A DNA stretch of 64,000 nt from the human T2T-CHM13v2.0 reference genome, Homo sapiens: NCBI RefSeq assembly GCF_009914755.1, contig NC_060926.1. One strand, 5' to 3'. Below, one piece after another: positions 30,743 to 46,673 of the stretch. The position numbers and the translations under genes were made by a program. Each line of letters opens with the position of its first letter. The first letter of the stretch is position 1. The notes beneath the pieces are model-generated. The model saw only the letters and a list, made by a program, of their open reading frames with translations, was not told the DNA's origin and did not search any database.

Positions 30743-33700
30743 TATTAACTTCTCTTCACTGGCGTCCCAAAGCATACTATTATCTAGTAATACAGTGACC
30801 AGTCAAGGTCCAGATCAGGGAGACACAGAAATCTACCCAGTAACCTGTGGGTAATTCACTGTCCCCCATCACCACACTAGCCAACTCCTCGGTCTCTAGC
30901 AATGACTGAGGCAGCATGGCTTTTGCATCAGAAGGTCCTGGGTTTAAATCCTGGCTTTGCCAGTTACCAGGTGTGTTACTAACCCCTTTTAGCCTCTGCT
31001 CCCTTACCAGAAAAATGAGGAGACCAACAGCTACTTTGATGAGGCTGATGGAAGGATTCCATGGGATGATATGTTAAAGGGTGCCTACTCAGTAGGTATT
31101 GTCTTCCTACCTCCCCAAAATAGCCCCTGCTTCTCAAAGCTCTCCTTTACTCTCCAATTCTTCAGGACCTACCCAAGAAGCCAAGGTTTCATCTTCATTC
31201 TCTCCACCCTCTTTTTTGGGTGGCAAGTATAACAGTGAAGAATAAAGCTGCTACTCTCTCCAGAAGCACACAAAGCACAAACAGCTTGCTTCCAACAACA
31301 TTTTAGCAAGAGTATTCTGCACAGCCCAACTGATCCTGCAATGCTTGAACCAAGAACTCTCTCACCACCATTTCCTGCTTCCTAATGTGGCTTGTGCAAA
31401 TGCTCTGCTATGTCATTTCCATTTTTAAGTAATATACACTCAATAAGGGCTATCTGGAAAACACAAAAATATGACCTGCAGATATAGGCCATAAAAATAG
31501 CTAACAGTCAAATGGTTTTTGATGGGATTAATTTCACAGTTTCCTCAGAGTCTGAGAGAAATAACTACTAGGACAGAGAAAAGAGATAGGGTGGTGATAT
31601 CTATATTTTTAGAAGACAACTGTTTCATTCTCCTTTCTCCTCATTTCAAATTTTCCACAGCTCATCACTTGGATGAGCTACCTCTGAGTTTCAGGCAATA
31701 TCCAACCTGATACGGGGTCTCTCTCTTTGTCCTCACAGAATACCCCTCTATCAGTTCACTGATCAGAAACCTTGGTGATCTGGGAGAAAATATAGTACCC
31801 TAAATACACAAGGCACACTGCCCTTGAAGGTCCGAATGTGAAACTGAAGACAGAGCTAACACTGCCCTATGTTTGGTCTGATTTAGCTTTGTTTGGGTCT
31901 GTGCCTGCAACAAGGTCTTCCCTGATCATTCTGCCCTGCTGCTGCCGACCTCGCCATGCTCTATGATTAGCCTCCAGCTCCTGAGCATCCACTCAGTGCT
32001 GGGCTATAAGGAAAAAGAACACAGAGAAACCCAAACTTAATCTTGTGTTTAGGGACCTTGCAAATTAATTAAATCATAGTCAACTCACCCCCACCCCCGC
32101 CACCTTTTAAAACAAGATGGGAGAATAGATGCAGCCATACAGTCATATATGCAAACATCTATGTATGCAATCTAGTCAAGTTACTGAATCACTTTCTTTG
32201 TGGCCTCCCTTCAAAATGAGATAATTTTGCTGCCTCTCTCTCACGATGCTGGACATGCAATGGAGTAAGATAGGTGCAGAGTTCAAAACAGTTTGAGACA
32301 AAGTCCAGGTCCTACATGTACTATTCAGATTTTTCTGGTTCAGTCTGAGGTCTGGCTAGCTCTCTGGACTGCAGGGTCAGAAGAGGAGGGAGATGTGAAG
32401 AAAGACTATAAAAAGAGGTCCAAACAGAAGGCTTGAATAATATTAGTAAAATTAACTTTGTAAATGCTTTCTATGTGCTAGGTACTAGGCTATGCATTTT
32501 GACACATTACTGCAATTAACCTCCACTGTTACCCTATCAGTTGGGCTCTAAAATCATTCTCATTTTATTTATTTTGGGGTTTTTTTCTTATTTACTTGTC
32601 ATGACTTGAAGCCCAATCTCATTTTATATACAAGAAAACAAAGGCTTGAAGAGATTAAGTAACTTGACTAAGGTCACAGCAAAATGGGGAAACAGAAGGC
32701 CCAGGAAGTTGAACTCTAGAACCTACACTTGAATCTCTACACTATAATGCCTCTTACCAATGAGACATCCATTTCTCCCTCCTATCTCCTACCCCTGTAA
32801 GGAAGTTGGTCCCTGTTCTGAGGTCTAGTGGTACTAGAAGCTGGCTCTCACTTCCCTTCTTAAATCTCCAAAGAGCTCAAGAGGCTGAAAGAGGGAAAAG
32901 ACAAAATGCCCTCTAGAAAAGGAAAGCCTTACTTCACCCCTTGAGTGTCCTCCAAGTATAGTGGAAAATAGGAAAAATGAATCTCTGGTATGGGAAGTCT
33001 CTAGACTTGAATCTCCTTTTAAAATAAGTACAGCCCCTCAGAGTCATAGCAGGAAGGCCCCTCAGCTCTGCCCCCAAAGAAAAATAATGGTAAAGGGAGT
33101 GGAAGTGAAGGTGGGGGCGGGGCAGCTGCTCTCATAAGAGCCCTTTGTGGTGGCTGCCTCTGAAAGGAGGTTTTGCTAGACAAGGTGGAACTTCTCAAGG
33201 TGACAAGCAAATGGTACAGACTGAGCTGTGACCCTCTGCTTGCTCTATAACCACCCCCTCCCCTTTGGAGGGCCAGAGCCTAAACTGTCCCTGGAGCCCC
33301 ACCCAGCCCCAGCACAAACCATGGCTTTCTAGTCTGGAGGGCAACTAACGAGCAGCAGAGGGGCTCGGGGAACGCAAGTGGTTTCCTGGGGGGGACGGAT
33401 CCTCAGAGCCCCTCAGAAAGTGTAGGAGCAACTCTCATTCCTTCTTTTCTCTACTCCCACTCCTCTAAGAAGAACAAGCAGCTCCTGTCAGCTCTGGCTC
33501 AGGGAAGGGGCTCCGACCAGCCTAGCAGGGGAACAAGCAGTTTGAACATTATTTTAGCACCTCTCTCAAATTCAGCCACCTCAACATCCTCTTCCCAAAT
33601 GGAAGTGAAACAATGTGGTAGAAACTGGAAAGAACAAAAGCATCAGATTTAATAACAAAAAGAAAATCACAGCTATAAGGCAGATAGTCTGGCTCTGAAA

Positions 33701-34065
33701 GCTCTTCATCCCTGCCCTGTGCTACTAGCACTGTGCAGGAGTGCAGATTCCTTTTTTTTTTTCCCTGACTTGGTGCGAAGAGAGGACAGTCAACTGGGTG
33801 TGTAGGGCACAAAGTTGATTTAGAGTACCCTGCAGTATTCTCTGTAGGACCTCCACCACCAAAAGGATTCTCTTTCACTCCAGATTACACGCTTGACAGC
33901 TGGGAACACAGCCCACAGCAGCCAAGTTCTCATGGACTCCCTGCCCCCATCCCGCCTGCTGCCTGCCTCTCTGGAGGGTGACAGTGTCTTCTCTGCCCTG
34001 AGAAATCGTACTCTATAGGGTGACGCACCACCTCCCCCACCTGCCACACACACTCAAAATAAGGT

Positions 34066-36150
<2,085 letters not shown>

Positions 36151-38444
36151 TAAAATAGATAAAGTCTCTATTCTCCCCATCTTTTTTGCCTATTCTCCAC
36201 TCTATTTCCTCTTTTAGGAATAGATGCTTAGGCTCCCAAAAGGCTTGGACAACTTTTAAAGAACTTTAAGGCAGTCAGTGGAGCAGATACCTACCAGTGG
36301 CTGAGAGACTGGAGGTGGCATGGAATGTTGAAAGACCACAGGATCTAGAGTCAGACAGACCTGGTTTTGAAAATAAGTCCACCACTTACATGTTTGTTTT
36401 ATGATCTTGATCTTGGCCAAGTGACTTAATTTTTTGAGCCTCAATTTTCTCTCCATGAAATGAGTAAAGGAATTCCTACTAATGAGGGCTGTCCAAGGAT
36501 TGTTAAATGAGACAACGTAGGTAACATATTAATTCTGTTCCCTTGAGAGTTCCATGCACTCTCAACTGTTTGAAGGCAACTGGGAAAATCACTTTATTCC
36601 AGCAAAAACAGTGTGGGCTCTGGAGTTAAATTGCTTACACTCAAATCCCTGATCCACTACTTCATCTTCATCTCTAAGCCTTAGTTTCTTCAGCTGTGGA
36701 ATGGGAATGATATTACTGCCTGCACTATGGAGTTATTATGAGAATTAAATGAGATCATGCATGTAAAGTTCTCCCTATAGTGCCTGGCACATAGGAAGGG
36801 CTCAATAAATATTAACTGTTATTATTAATTCAATCATTAAACAAAATTGCCAAGGATATGCTATAGCATGCTGTGTCCTAAGGATAAGACAGGGTTCACT
36901 GCCCTCAAGGAGCTCATAGTCTAGATGAAGAGTGAGACACATAAACAAATAATTGTTCCTCACCTCTAGCCACACACGGGAGCCTTTGATTCCCAGTCAA
37001 CAGCACTAGGTCTGAGGCCTTACTAAACAAAGCTGGATATGTAAGGAACAGCATGGGGTGGGGACAGCAGTTAACAGACTAACCGTGAATCAACAGTAGG
37101 CCCTTCTTTTCCCACAAATAGCCTACAAAAATCTAGATAGGCATAAAGACTTTCTCCTCTGAATTACTACTAAGGGGCCATCTGTGTCCCCCAACCTCTT
37201 CAAGTGACTGGTTTCTTCTCATCTTTCAAGTCTCAGTTTAAATGTCACTTCTTCTGGCCTCCTGACCATATCATCTGAAGTGCTTTTACAGCACTCTATT
37301 CATTTTCCTCAAGTGATTATACTTTTTAGTTATTCATTTACTCATTTCCTGTCTTCCCCATTAGGCTGTGAGCCCCTAGAGTTCAGGGACCATTCATCTA
37401 GCAAATATAAGTATCTACTATGTGCCAGGCACTGAAGTATGTGCTGGGAATTCAGTTTGGGGGTAGAGACATGGCCACTGCCCTCATAGAGCTTACAGTC
37501 TGTATCTGTGGAAAAAGTTTTGGGATGCAGGTTTATCCCAATTCCAGCTGAGGACTCTCTTAGGACTAGCCCAGTTAGATAGGAGCCTTTGGCTGCCAAT
37601 CTCTCACTGAGTTCAAAAAGCCAGAAGCTGAAACTTGGGCGACTTCTCAGTTCTTTTTTCCACAGTCCTAGATTCCTGTGGAGTTTAAGCTAGGGTAAAC
37701 AGCATAACCTCAGAGCCATTTCTGCAAGTTCTTTCCTTATAAAGCTATTTCTATCAGCATTCTAAGGGCAAGCATGGTCGGTATCGGGCAAGAAACACAT
37801 TGGCTGGGGTGGAGGGTGGGGTAGGGCATGGGGATAGGGAGGCAAGAGTCTCCCTAAGTCCTGTAGAGATGAAATGACTGAACTGGAAGTGCTGAGCCCT
37901 CAGCGCCTTTCAAATTCTATGCCCTGAATTTCTCAGATGGCTGCTTCCCACAGTCTAAGCTTCTCTACCATTGAGTCTGACTTCGTCCTAAAGGCTACTT
38001 CCTGCTAAGCTAGCCTGAGGTCTAGCAATGTTGAATTCGACTCTAGGAAATATATTCTGCTGCAAACTCTCTGAGGAAACGCCAAGGGGACACTGTTTTC
38101 CAGGACTGGGAGATAACAAAATTCAAAGGATTGTTGAAAAAGCTTCTTTAAATTTGTTATTAAATGAACAAGGGTATGTGTATATATGAAGTATGTGTGT
38201 ATATAAAATTAATGAATAAATCTTTGCTTAATAGCAGGAGATAATGTCCTGAGAGCAGAATCCGGGACAAAGTTTCAAGCCACATAAGCAAACAGACCTA
38301 TTCATTCAAGAACTTTTTACTTGACACCCTCTCTGAGCCAGATTATTCTAGGTACAAAGAAATAAATGACTGATTGTGGGTTTAGCAAAATATGTTCAGT
38401 TCTATGATACAGGTCTATGTACAGTCTGCTTTGAGAGAAGAGCA

Positions 38445-39037
38445 GACCAGCCTGGGCAACATAGTAAGACTCTGTCTCTATAAAAAATGAAAACTTAGCC
38501 AGGTGTAGTGAGTGGCACATGCCTATGGTCCCAGCTACTCAGAGGCTAAGAAGGGAGGATTGCTTGAGCCTGGGAGTTCAAGGCTGCAGTGAGCTGTGAT
38601 TGTGTCACTGCACTCCAGCCTGAGTGACAGAGTGAGACACTGCCTCAAAAAAAAAAAAAAATTATAGGATTACAAAGGAAACCAATTAACTGAAATGTTA
38701 TTCAAATATTTTAAAACTAATCTGTAATATTATAACATATGAGCTTCTTTATTAACACATTAAATCATGAGATCTAGCAATGAGTCTAATAACCATAATT
38801 TCAAGTAGTAATCAGCAAAAGCTGTATTTCAAGATATCTGCAGCAGTATAAAATGATACGAAAGTATCTGTGATTTCTACTGGTGACAGATACTTCTAAT
38901 ATACAGTGTCTTTTGCTTACATTTACAATTGAAGGAAATGCTAAATTTCAGTTACAGGTTAATGAAATAAAGATGCAACTTTCCCTCTCATTCCATTCAC
39001 GAAACCCTGAACTCACGAACCCAGGGTAAAAACCCCT
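38445..39037 (+). mobile_element. Partial AluJ (about 38445-38661) followed by a Charlie1-like hAT fragment
   Basis: Alu right arm with A tail, then ...ACAATTGAAGGAAATGCTAAATTTCAGTTA...AAAAACCCCTG, resembling a Charlie terminal region. Confidence 0.6.
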
Positions 39038-41626
39038 GCTGTAAAGATGTAAAGGCTCTCATTGGGTAACAGTGGATGCATAATCAGAAAGACCACGTAG
39101 AGCCAGTTCAGAGTTAGCAGTAAGGGGAGCCAAAGCCACATGCCAGTCAATGGTCTGCAGGAGTAGAAACAAATTGGCTGTGGGGGGCAGAGATAAGAGA
39201 TCTTGAGATCCCAGAGAAAGAAGCTGCCTGTCCAGTTTCTGTGAGGCATGGGTAGCCATCTGAAATTAGGTACCAAGAGACCTCCCTGTGCCTATTCAGT
39301 AAAACCCGTTTTTACTTAAGCTAATTAAGGGGATTTTTCTGCCTTACAATTAATTGCTGAGATAATACTTTAAACAAAAGTGCTCACTGAAACATGTTTG
39401 TAATAGACTATGTATATGTGTGTATATTAACAGCCTTCCAGATGAGAAATTCCTTAATTTATAATCGGTTCAGGGTACGTATACTCTAGATTCTGTAAAG
39501 CCCACAGCTGCTGATTTCCATAAACCTGCTGTAGAAGGTACCACTGTCGAATACCTTAGGGAGGAGGGAAAGCCACCTGTCCTCTACATAGAGGGCTACC
39601 CTGGCAGGCAGGGCGACTAATCAACAGGTAGACAGTGAACTCGTAGGAGCCAGAGGAAACGGAGCAGGATGAACAATCAGTAAAGAAGTCAGGGCACTAT
39701 CTGAAACTGTGCATCTTTAGGTTTAAGGAGGCAAGGACAAGAGGGATATATAAATGGCCAGAAGAAGAATCCTAAGCTATCAGAGGTCCTCTTGCAAAAT
39801 GTGTCTTAAACAGATTTTTGATATTATTGGCAGGGGAAAATTGAGAGGGATAAACTGTGCCCTGAACACAGAATGGTCAGTGCCTAAACTCCCACAAGAC
39901 AGATGTAGATCTGGGGCCACTTCTGTGGAGAAGGGAACAGAATGACCTTCCAGGCCTCTCCAGCTGCTCTTCCCACTGTTTTTAATACCACTAAGGGCAA
40001 ACAGGAAAGGAGAAGTGACTGGGAAAGGAACTGAATGTTACTATTAATTAAATGTTTAAAAATGCAGTTGAATAGTGGGTATATAGTGTTTGTTTTATTA
40101 TATGTTCTATTGTGTGTATTAAATATTTTATAGTAAAAATATTTTAAAAAGACACAGTGAAACCAAATCAAACCAAACACACAAATGGAAAATGAAATTA
40201 CTTAACACAACATCAGCAGTGACTACTGAAGTCCAAGCACGGAACGTGTGTGGAGGAAATCTCCAGCCTGTGTCAATGCCTGGTCCCACTAGACTCCAAG
40301 TTTAAAGATGGGCAAGGATTCTGAGGAGAGGCTCTAGAGAAAAATTAGTAAGTTCTGGATACAAAGTCACTTTCCAGGAAATCAAGACTGGCAGGTTTTG
40401 AGGTGAGGAAGTCGAAGGGACAGAAGGTCAACTGCTAGGCTTGAGTTATCGGCCACCAGTTTAACTTAAAAGACTCATTCTCAACAGGGTACCTGCCTAA
40501 CCCATGGCTGGGGTGGTGATGGAGGGATCTGATCTGATCTAAAATGTTAGGATGACCCTAACATCCAGTGCCTGGGGAAAATTAAGCAGGACTTACTAGC
40601 CATTAAAAAGATCCCAGAAAAAGATGGAGGGTAGGGAGAAAAAAAGAACTGGAAATTAAGATATACTTCAATTCAGACCTCCCACTCAGAGCAGGAGTCT
40701 GGCAGTACTGTGGAAGCGGAGGTTGTGGCTGGGTGCTGGGAGAAGGGGACTGGAAAAAGAGAGAAGTACGAATCTGCAGAGGAGTCAAGATAGGCTTGAT
40801 TTGGAAGAAGTTTTCCTAAATGGATATGATCAGGCTTGAGGCTAAGAGCTACTTCCTGAGACTTCTAGTTCCCCGGTTCAGAATCTCTTCATCCCTGTCC
40901 TCACTCCTGGCTATAGTCCAGGTACTCTAAAATGCCCAGATCATTTCTAGGTGTAGTACATCTCACACTCTTTTGGATCTAGGTTTCACTAAGCAGGAGA
41001 GAATGCCCTGGTTACTCAATTTAGCATTTCCTAACTGATAATCTCTCCACTTCCTTGCAGGAAGTTATAGCTGTGGGTGTAGGATTCCCACTGAGTGTGC
41101 TAACCCCCTATCCTCAGGCTCACTTAGGAGGCACAAACAGGCAGCCCTGACACCAGGCTGACCCTACGCAACAGAACAGCACTCCAGGGTTCATCTCCAG
41201 GTGAGGGGATGAAGGAAAGACCAAATCTAGGCTCTGGTTACAGGGCATCTTGAACACCTGCTAATAATAAAACATTATCTGTCAAGGCCTTGACCCTCCA
41301 AACCACCAAAACAGAGGAAGAGGGTGGGAGAGGAATTTTAGTCCCTCTGATTTTTACCCCAGGTAATAACAACACCCCACTCCATCCCAAAGGCCACTAG
41401 CCAGAGTAGAAGAGCACCTAGGAGGATCTAAAGAAAAGACTGACCAAGGTATGTGGAAGACTGTATTGGTCCCATCCTAGAAGGTGGGCAGTGGGTGTGG
41501 CTAAGGAAACACTTGGCTAAATCAGCTTTCTTCCTTTCCCACTTCCATTCAGCCTAACTACCGACGTGGCTTTTGTAAGATCTGTGAGACAGTATGTCAG
41601 GGAAGACAATGGAAACAAAAGCTTAC

Positions 41627-41708
41627 CATGATAAAAAGAGACCGATGCAGCATGTAGAGTTCTAGGCCAATATGCCGGGTCTCCAGTTTTGATGGGTATA
41701 TCTTTTAA
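41627..41708 (-). other. NHEJ1: Candidate NHEJ1 cassette (poison) exon, 82 nt
   Basis: Branch point TACTAAC (41731-41737), acceptor TCATCTCTCAG|, donor ATG|GTAAGC; open in phase 0 (LKDIPIKTGDPAYWPRTLHAASVSFYH). Confidence 0.65.
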
Positions 41709-42729
41709 CTGAGAGATGATAAATTATTTAGTTAGTAGTAGTCCTGACTGTTAAAAGATCTCACCATCAAGTTCTTAGCATGTGTTTCTGGGTGATATTG
41801 TACAATGCTTTAAACCTAATGGTCACTTAATAGCTGTCTCCTTCCCATATCATTCCCCATATAACTGAAACCTAAGTTAAAGACTCCTTAGCCTCTGCCA
41901 ACTTCTTGTGGCCAGGCCTGGACTACTTCAAGGAAGCCCTTACCACAGGGATGAGAGCTCACAGCCAATGGGGAGAGCACCATCCATAGCAGGGATTAGT
42001 TTCTTGATTAAATTCTTAAGAGCCTAGGATCTAGTTCAGGGAGGAGGGGTATGGGTACTATTATAAATGCAATCAGAGAGCTAAGGGGCAGGTTTCAAAG
42101 TACACAGGAAATTCAAAACATTTTCCAGGAGGTAATGAGGAGGACTGAAAGCAGAAAACCAGATAAAAGCTGGCGAAGCAATAAATGTATCCATTTGACA
42201 ACATCTGAATTGGGCCTAGGTAGAGAAGCTTTAAAAAAAAAACTGGCAAAGGGTAAGAGGCTTGATAAACCAAGATTTAGATTCAGGGAAAGAGGTGGAG
42301 ACTCATATTAAGGGGCTCCTAGATACAAAGCATTCTACATCATCAAGAAACATTTCCTAAAACTCAACATCAAAGCCCAGAAATCAAGGAATCAAACTTA
42401 GAGAGGGCCACTTGGAGAAAGGATACATGGTTTTCTAAGATTTCCTTCTTTCTAAATAATTCAAGGCAGGAGGAAAGTGAGAGGACCTATCTCTTGCTAT
42501 TTACGTATTTTTTAATTCTTTGAATTTTTATTGTATAAAGTTGATAGAACTTTGCAAGACTAATCCCTCAGGAGAAGAATACTTGAGGACACAGGAGAAA
42601 AAGAGTTGGCAATGACCTGGGAAAGATTCTGTAAACATAAAGTGCTGTAGAGATATATGAAATTACTACTCAATTGACTCAGATTTTCAGTCATTTTTGC
42701 TCCGCAATCATGCCTAAAAGTAGACAAGT

Positions 42730-44930
42730 ATTAATTCAACAGGTATTTATTGAGGCCCTGCTATGTTCCAGGTACTGTTCTTGGCTACTGAGAAACAAAA
42801 GTCAACAGAACATACAAAAATCCCTGCCCTTGAGGAGCTTATATTATAGCAGTCAAACACCATCAATATTACAGTTATGTTAGGAAATGTTCAATGCAAT
42901 GGGGGAAAAAAAGAGTAGGGTGAAGGATTGGGAATGTAGGGATGAAAAGGTGGGATGCAATTTTAAATAAAGTGATCAGGGTAGGCTTTGATGAGATGAC
43001 ATTTAGCAAAGATTTGACAGTATGGGAATTAGCCTATGGATATCTGGGGCACAAGTGTTGGGAGCAGAGGGCATAAGACAGGAGTGTGCCCAGGGTGTTA
43101 AACAAAACAGTAAGGTGACCAATGTAGCTAGAGTGAAGTGAGGGAGACAAAGGTGGTAAGAGATGAGGTCAGAAAGATTATAGGGATCAGGTAAGAAGGG
43201 GCCTTGTGAGCCACTGTGACAACTGTTTTTACTTAGAGTAAAATGGAATCCCTTGCAGAGTTCTGAGCAAGGAAGTGGCATGAACTGACTCAGAACTTTA
43301 AAGAATCACTCCAGCTTCCAGGTTCAGAAGAGATTATAGACAGTTCCTGGCTTATGATTTTTTTGGCTTTACAATGGTGTGAAAGTGATATGCATTCAGT
43401 AGATATTCAGGGATATTCAACATTTCATTATAAAATAGGCTTTGTGTTAGATGATTCTGCCCAACAGAAGGCTAATATAAGTGTTCTGAGCATGCTTAAG
43501 ATAGGCTAAGCTATAATGTTCTATAGGTTAAGTGTATTCAATACATTTTCAACTTATGATATTTTAAACTTACGATGGGTTTATCAGGATGTAACCCCAT
43601 CATAAGTCAAGGGACATCTGTATAGGAGAACAAGGATGGAAACCCAGAGACAACTGCAGTCCCCTAAGCAAGAAATGATGGTGGCTCAGACCAAGGTATT
43701 AGAGCAGAGGCAGATTCTGTATTTATTTTGAAAGAAGGGCCAATAGAATCTCTTGATGGATTGGATGTGGGGTATGAGAGAAAGACAAGAGTCAAACATG
43801 ACTCCAAGATTTATTTGTTTCAGACACAGAATCTTGCTATATTGTCCATGCTGGATTCAAACTCCTGGGCTCAAGAGATCCTCCTATCTTGGCCTTCCAA
43901 GTAACTGGGACTACCCATGTGCTCCGCTATGTCTGGCTCAACTCCAAGATTTTTAACCTGAGCAAGTCTGAAAGGATGAAGTTGCCATTAACCAAGGAGA
44001 AGGCTATGGGATGAGCAGGCTTGATGTGGGGGTTGGGGGTAGGGGAGAAGAAATGAGAAGTTCAATATGAATATGTTGAGTTTGACCTATTAGACTTCCA
44101 GGTGGAAATGTTGAACAAGTAGTTGAATATACAAGTCTGGGGTTTGGGAGAAAGAACTGGGCTGAAGATACAGGGATAAAGATGATGTTTAAAGCCATGA
44201 GACTGAATGTGATCACCAACAGAGCAAATGTGGGTAGAGAATAGAAGAGGGCCAACGACTGAGCCTTGGAGGTAGTGCAGAAGAGAAGAGATCAGCAAAG
44301 AAGATTGTGAAGAAGTAACTGATGAAGCAGAAAATAAAGCCAGGAAAGTGTATTGCTCTGGAAACCAAATGAAAGTATGTCGAGAAGGACTGGGCGACCA
44401 ACTCTATCAAATGCTGTTTGACCAAATAAGATGAGAGATGAGAACTATTTACTGGATTTTGCAACGAAAAAGTCATTAGTAACCTTTTCAAGAACAATTT
44501 CAATGGAGTGATGGGACCCAAAACCCCATTTAAATGGTTTTAAGACAGAACTGGAAGAAAAGGAAGGTAAGATCACAGTAAAAATAGACAACACTTGTAA
44601 GGAGTTTTGTAGTGAAGGGGAGTGAAGATGTAGGGTGGTAACTGGTGGGCAAACTGGGGTGTCAGAAGGATTTTTAAGGTGGAAGAATAATAGTACATTT
44701 GAATACTAATATAACAATCTTATAGAAAACAAAAACTTAGGGAGAGGAGAATTACCAGAGCAATTTCCTTGATAGGTGAGATAGAATCTAATGCACAAAT
44801 AGAGAGACAGCCTTTAGACAGAGGCATGGCTACTTTATCTTTGCACACAGGTGGAAAGGCAGTGTCTGAGGGTACATATGTTAGTAGGAAGTAGAAGTAT
44901 GGTTTAAGTCTGCAAGAGTTCATTTCTGAC
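42730..44930 (-). mobile_element. LINE-2 (L2) with reverse-transcriptase remnants; may extend to about 46.3 kb
   Basis: Reverse L2 3' end (ATTCAACAGGTATTTATTGAG). The minus-strand ORF 44062-44298 contains QGSVVGPLLFS...GDHIQSHGFKHHLY, a degenerate PQGSVLGPLLF...YHLYADD RT motif. Confidence 0.85.
43337..43620 (-). mobile_element. Tigger-family MITE (MER47-like) inserted in the L2
   Basis: Reverse-complement similar to 13859-14219; ends in GGGACATCTG|TA. Confidence 0.75.
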
Positions 44931-45551
44931 TGATTCTTCTTTTTTAGGGAAATTTAACTGCCTGGCAGCATTAAGGCTGCATTTGAGAGGCAGGGTCAAG
45001 AACTTAAATTGAAACTAGGCAGGCTGGGTGCAGTGGCTCACTCCTGTAATTCCACCACTTTGAGAGGCCGAGGTAGGAGGATTGCTTAAGCCCAGAAGTT
45101 CGAGACTAGCCTGGGCAACACAGCGAGAGTCTGTCTCTAAAAAAATTTTTTAAATAAATAAATAAAATGAAGAAACTAGTTAGCATGGTTTTATGTTTTG
45201 CTTTCTGACTACATTTGACTGCATAGGTATGGAGGAGGTAGAAAGTTGAGTTTAACTATACACAAGAAATGGGCAATAAAATCAGAAGTGTGTGCAAGGG
45301 AGTGATTACAATTGACCATAGATGCTGGGTAAGGAAGGGAGGCAGAATATCACAGGAGTCAGGACAATGAAAAGGAAGGTAAGGTCAATGGGCTGGAGCT
45401 CTCTGTAGGATTAAAGGAATGTTGAGTCAAGGTAGAGGAAGAAAGCCGGCAAAACAGGATGGGGATGTGCTCGGAAAGTGGCATGTTTAAAACTGAGAAT
45501 ATGGAGAAGTGCAATGATTGGTGATTACAAGGCCTAGAGCAGACTCTAGAA

Positions 45552-45769
45552 CAGAGCTTCTCAACAGTGGCACTACTGCCACTTTGCGCTGGACAATTCC
45601 TCATGCTGGAGGGCTGTCCTGTGCACTACAGGATGTTGAACAGTGTCCCTGGACTCTACTCACTACACCAGATGCCAGTAGCACTTCTCAAGTTATGAGA
45701 CCCAAAAATGTCTCTGGACCTTGCCAAATGTTCTCTGTGGGCAAAACCTCCCCTTGTTGAGAACCACTG
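45552..45769 (+). mobile_element. MER20 (hAT-Charlie MITE)
   Basis: CTTCTCAAC...GGGCTGTCCTGTGCACTACAGGATGTT...AAAAATGTCTCTGGAC...GTTGAGAACCACTG; imperfect 8-bp TSD CTCTAGAA/CTCTAGGG. Confidence 0.85.
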
Positions 45770-46094
45770 CTCTAGGGTATGTCCAGAGAAGTCACTGAAT
45801 GAGATAGGGCAAGAGTCAACATAATTAGAGAAGTACTGGAGAAGGCAATAGTGAGTCAGGAGCTAAACTCCTCAAGAAATGAGTAGGAATTACTCAGAGT
45901 CAGTGCATTTCATAACAGTGAAGAGTCCTGGGTGATAGGTTCAGATGCATCAGACTCAAAGCTGGGCTTTTTAAAGAAGAGGGAGGAGACATGGTCAGAA
46001 ACCAGCAATTAGAAATAAGGAAGACGTGCATCCCAGCTCCATACTCACTAGTAAGAGGACTATGAAAGAAGAAACAGCCACCGTGTGAGAGTGC

Positions 46095-46136
46095 GGCAGA
46101 AAAGACATGGGAAAAGGCAGAAAAGACATGGGAAAA
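46095..46136. repeat. Perfect 21-bp tandem duplication
   Basis: GGCAGAAAAGACATGGGAAAA x2. Confidence 0.97.
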
Positions 46137-46673
46137 GTCTTTAGGGGAAGGCCAGGTTTCTCATCAAGAAGGAGAAAGTAATGCTCGAGGAAGAGACTGA
46201 AGATAAAGAAGATTTTGCTGATTATAAACTATGAATTTCAGAAGGTACAATGGTAGGGCCCAGAAACCGGGGAAGGGTAGGAAAAGAGGACAGAATGGGG
46301 AAATGCAAGCTGTATTTCTGAAACTGGTAGGTGGCATCCAGTGGGAGGTCCACTGAGGGGAGGGGTGGTATAGTGGAGGCAGATCTTTAATACAGGAGAA
46401 GAAGGAAGCCTTCGGTTATTATGGCAAGAAGGTGGACATAAAGTAAGAATCTTCTGGGAACATGGCACATGACATATTCACACAATAGTCAGGAATCACT
46501 CTGTAATTACCAACCCTAGGCTAGAACTAGTTTAGAACAAAAAGGATAGTTTTCTAACCTTCAACAGCTTTAATATGAGGAAGTCGACCAAACAGATACA
46601 AATCTATCAGGACGTGAGAACAGGGTCTTCGAAGGTCCAGGAGCTAAGGAAACCTTCAAGAATGGTGAAACTT

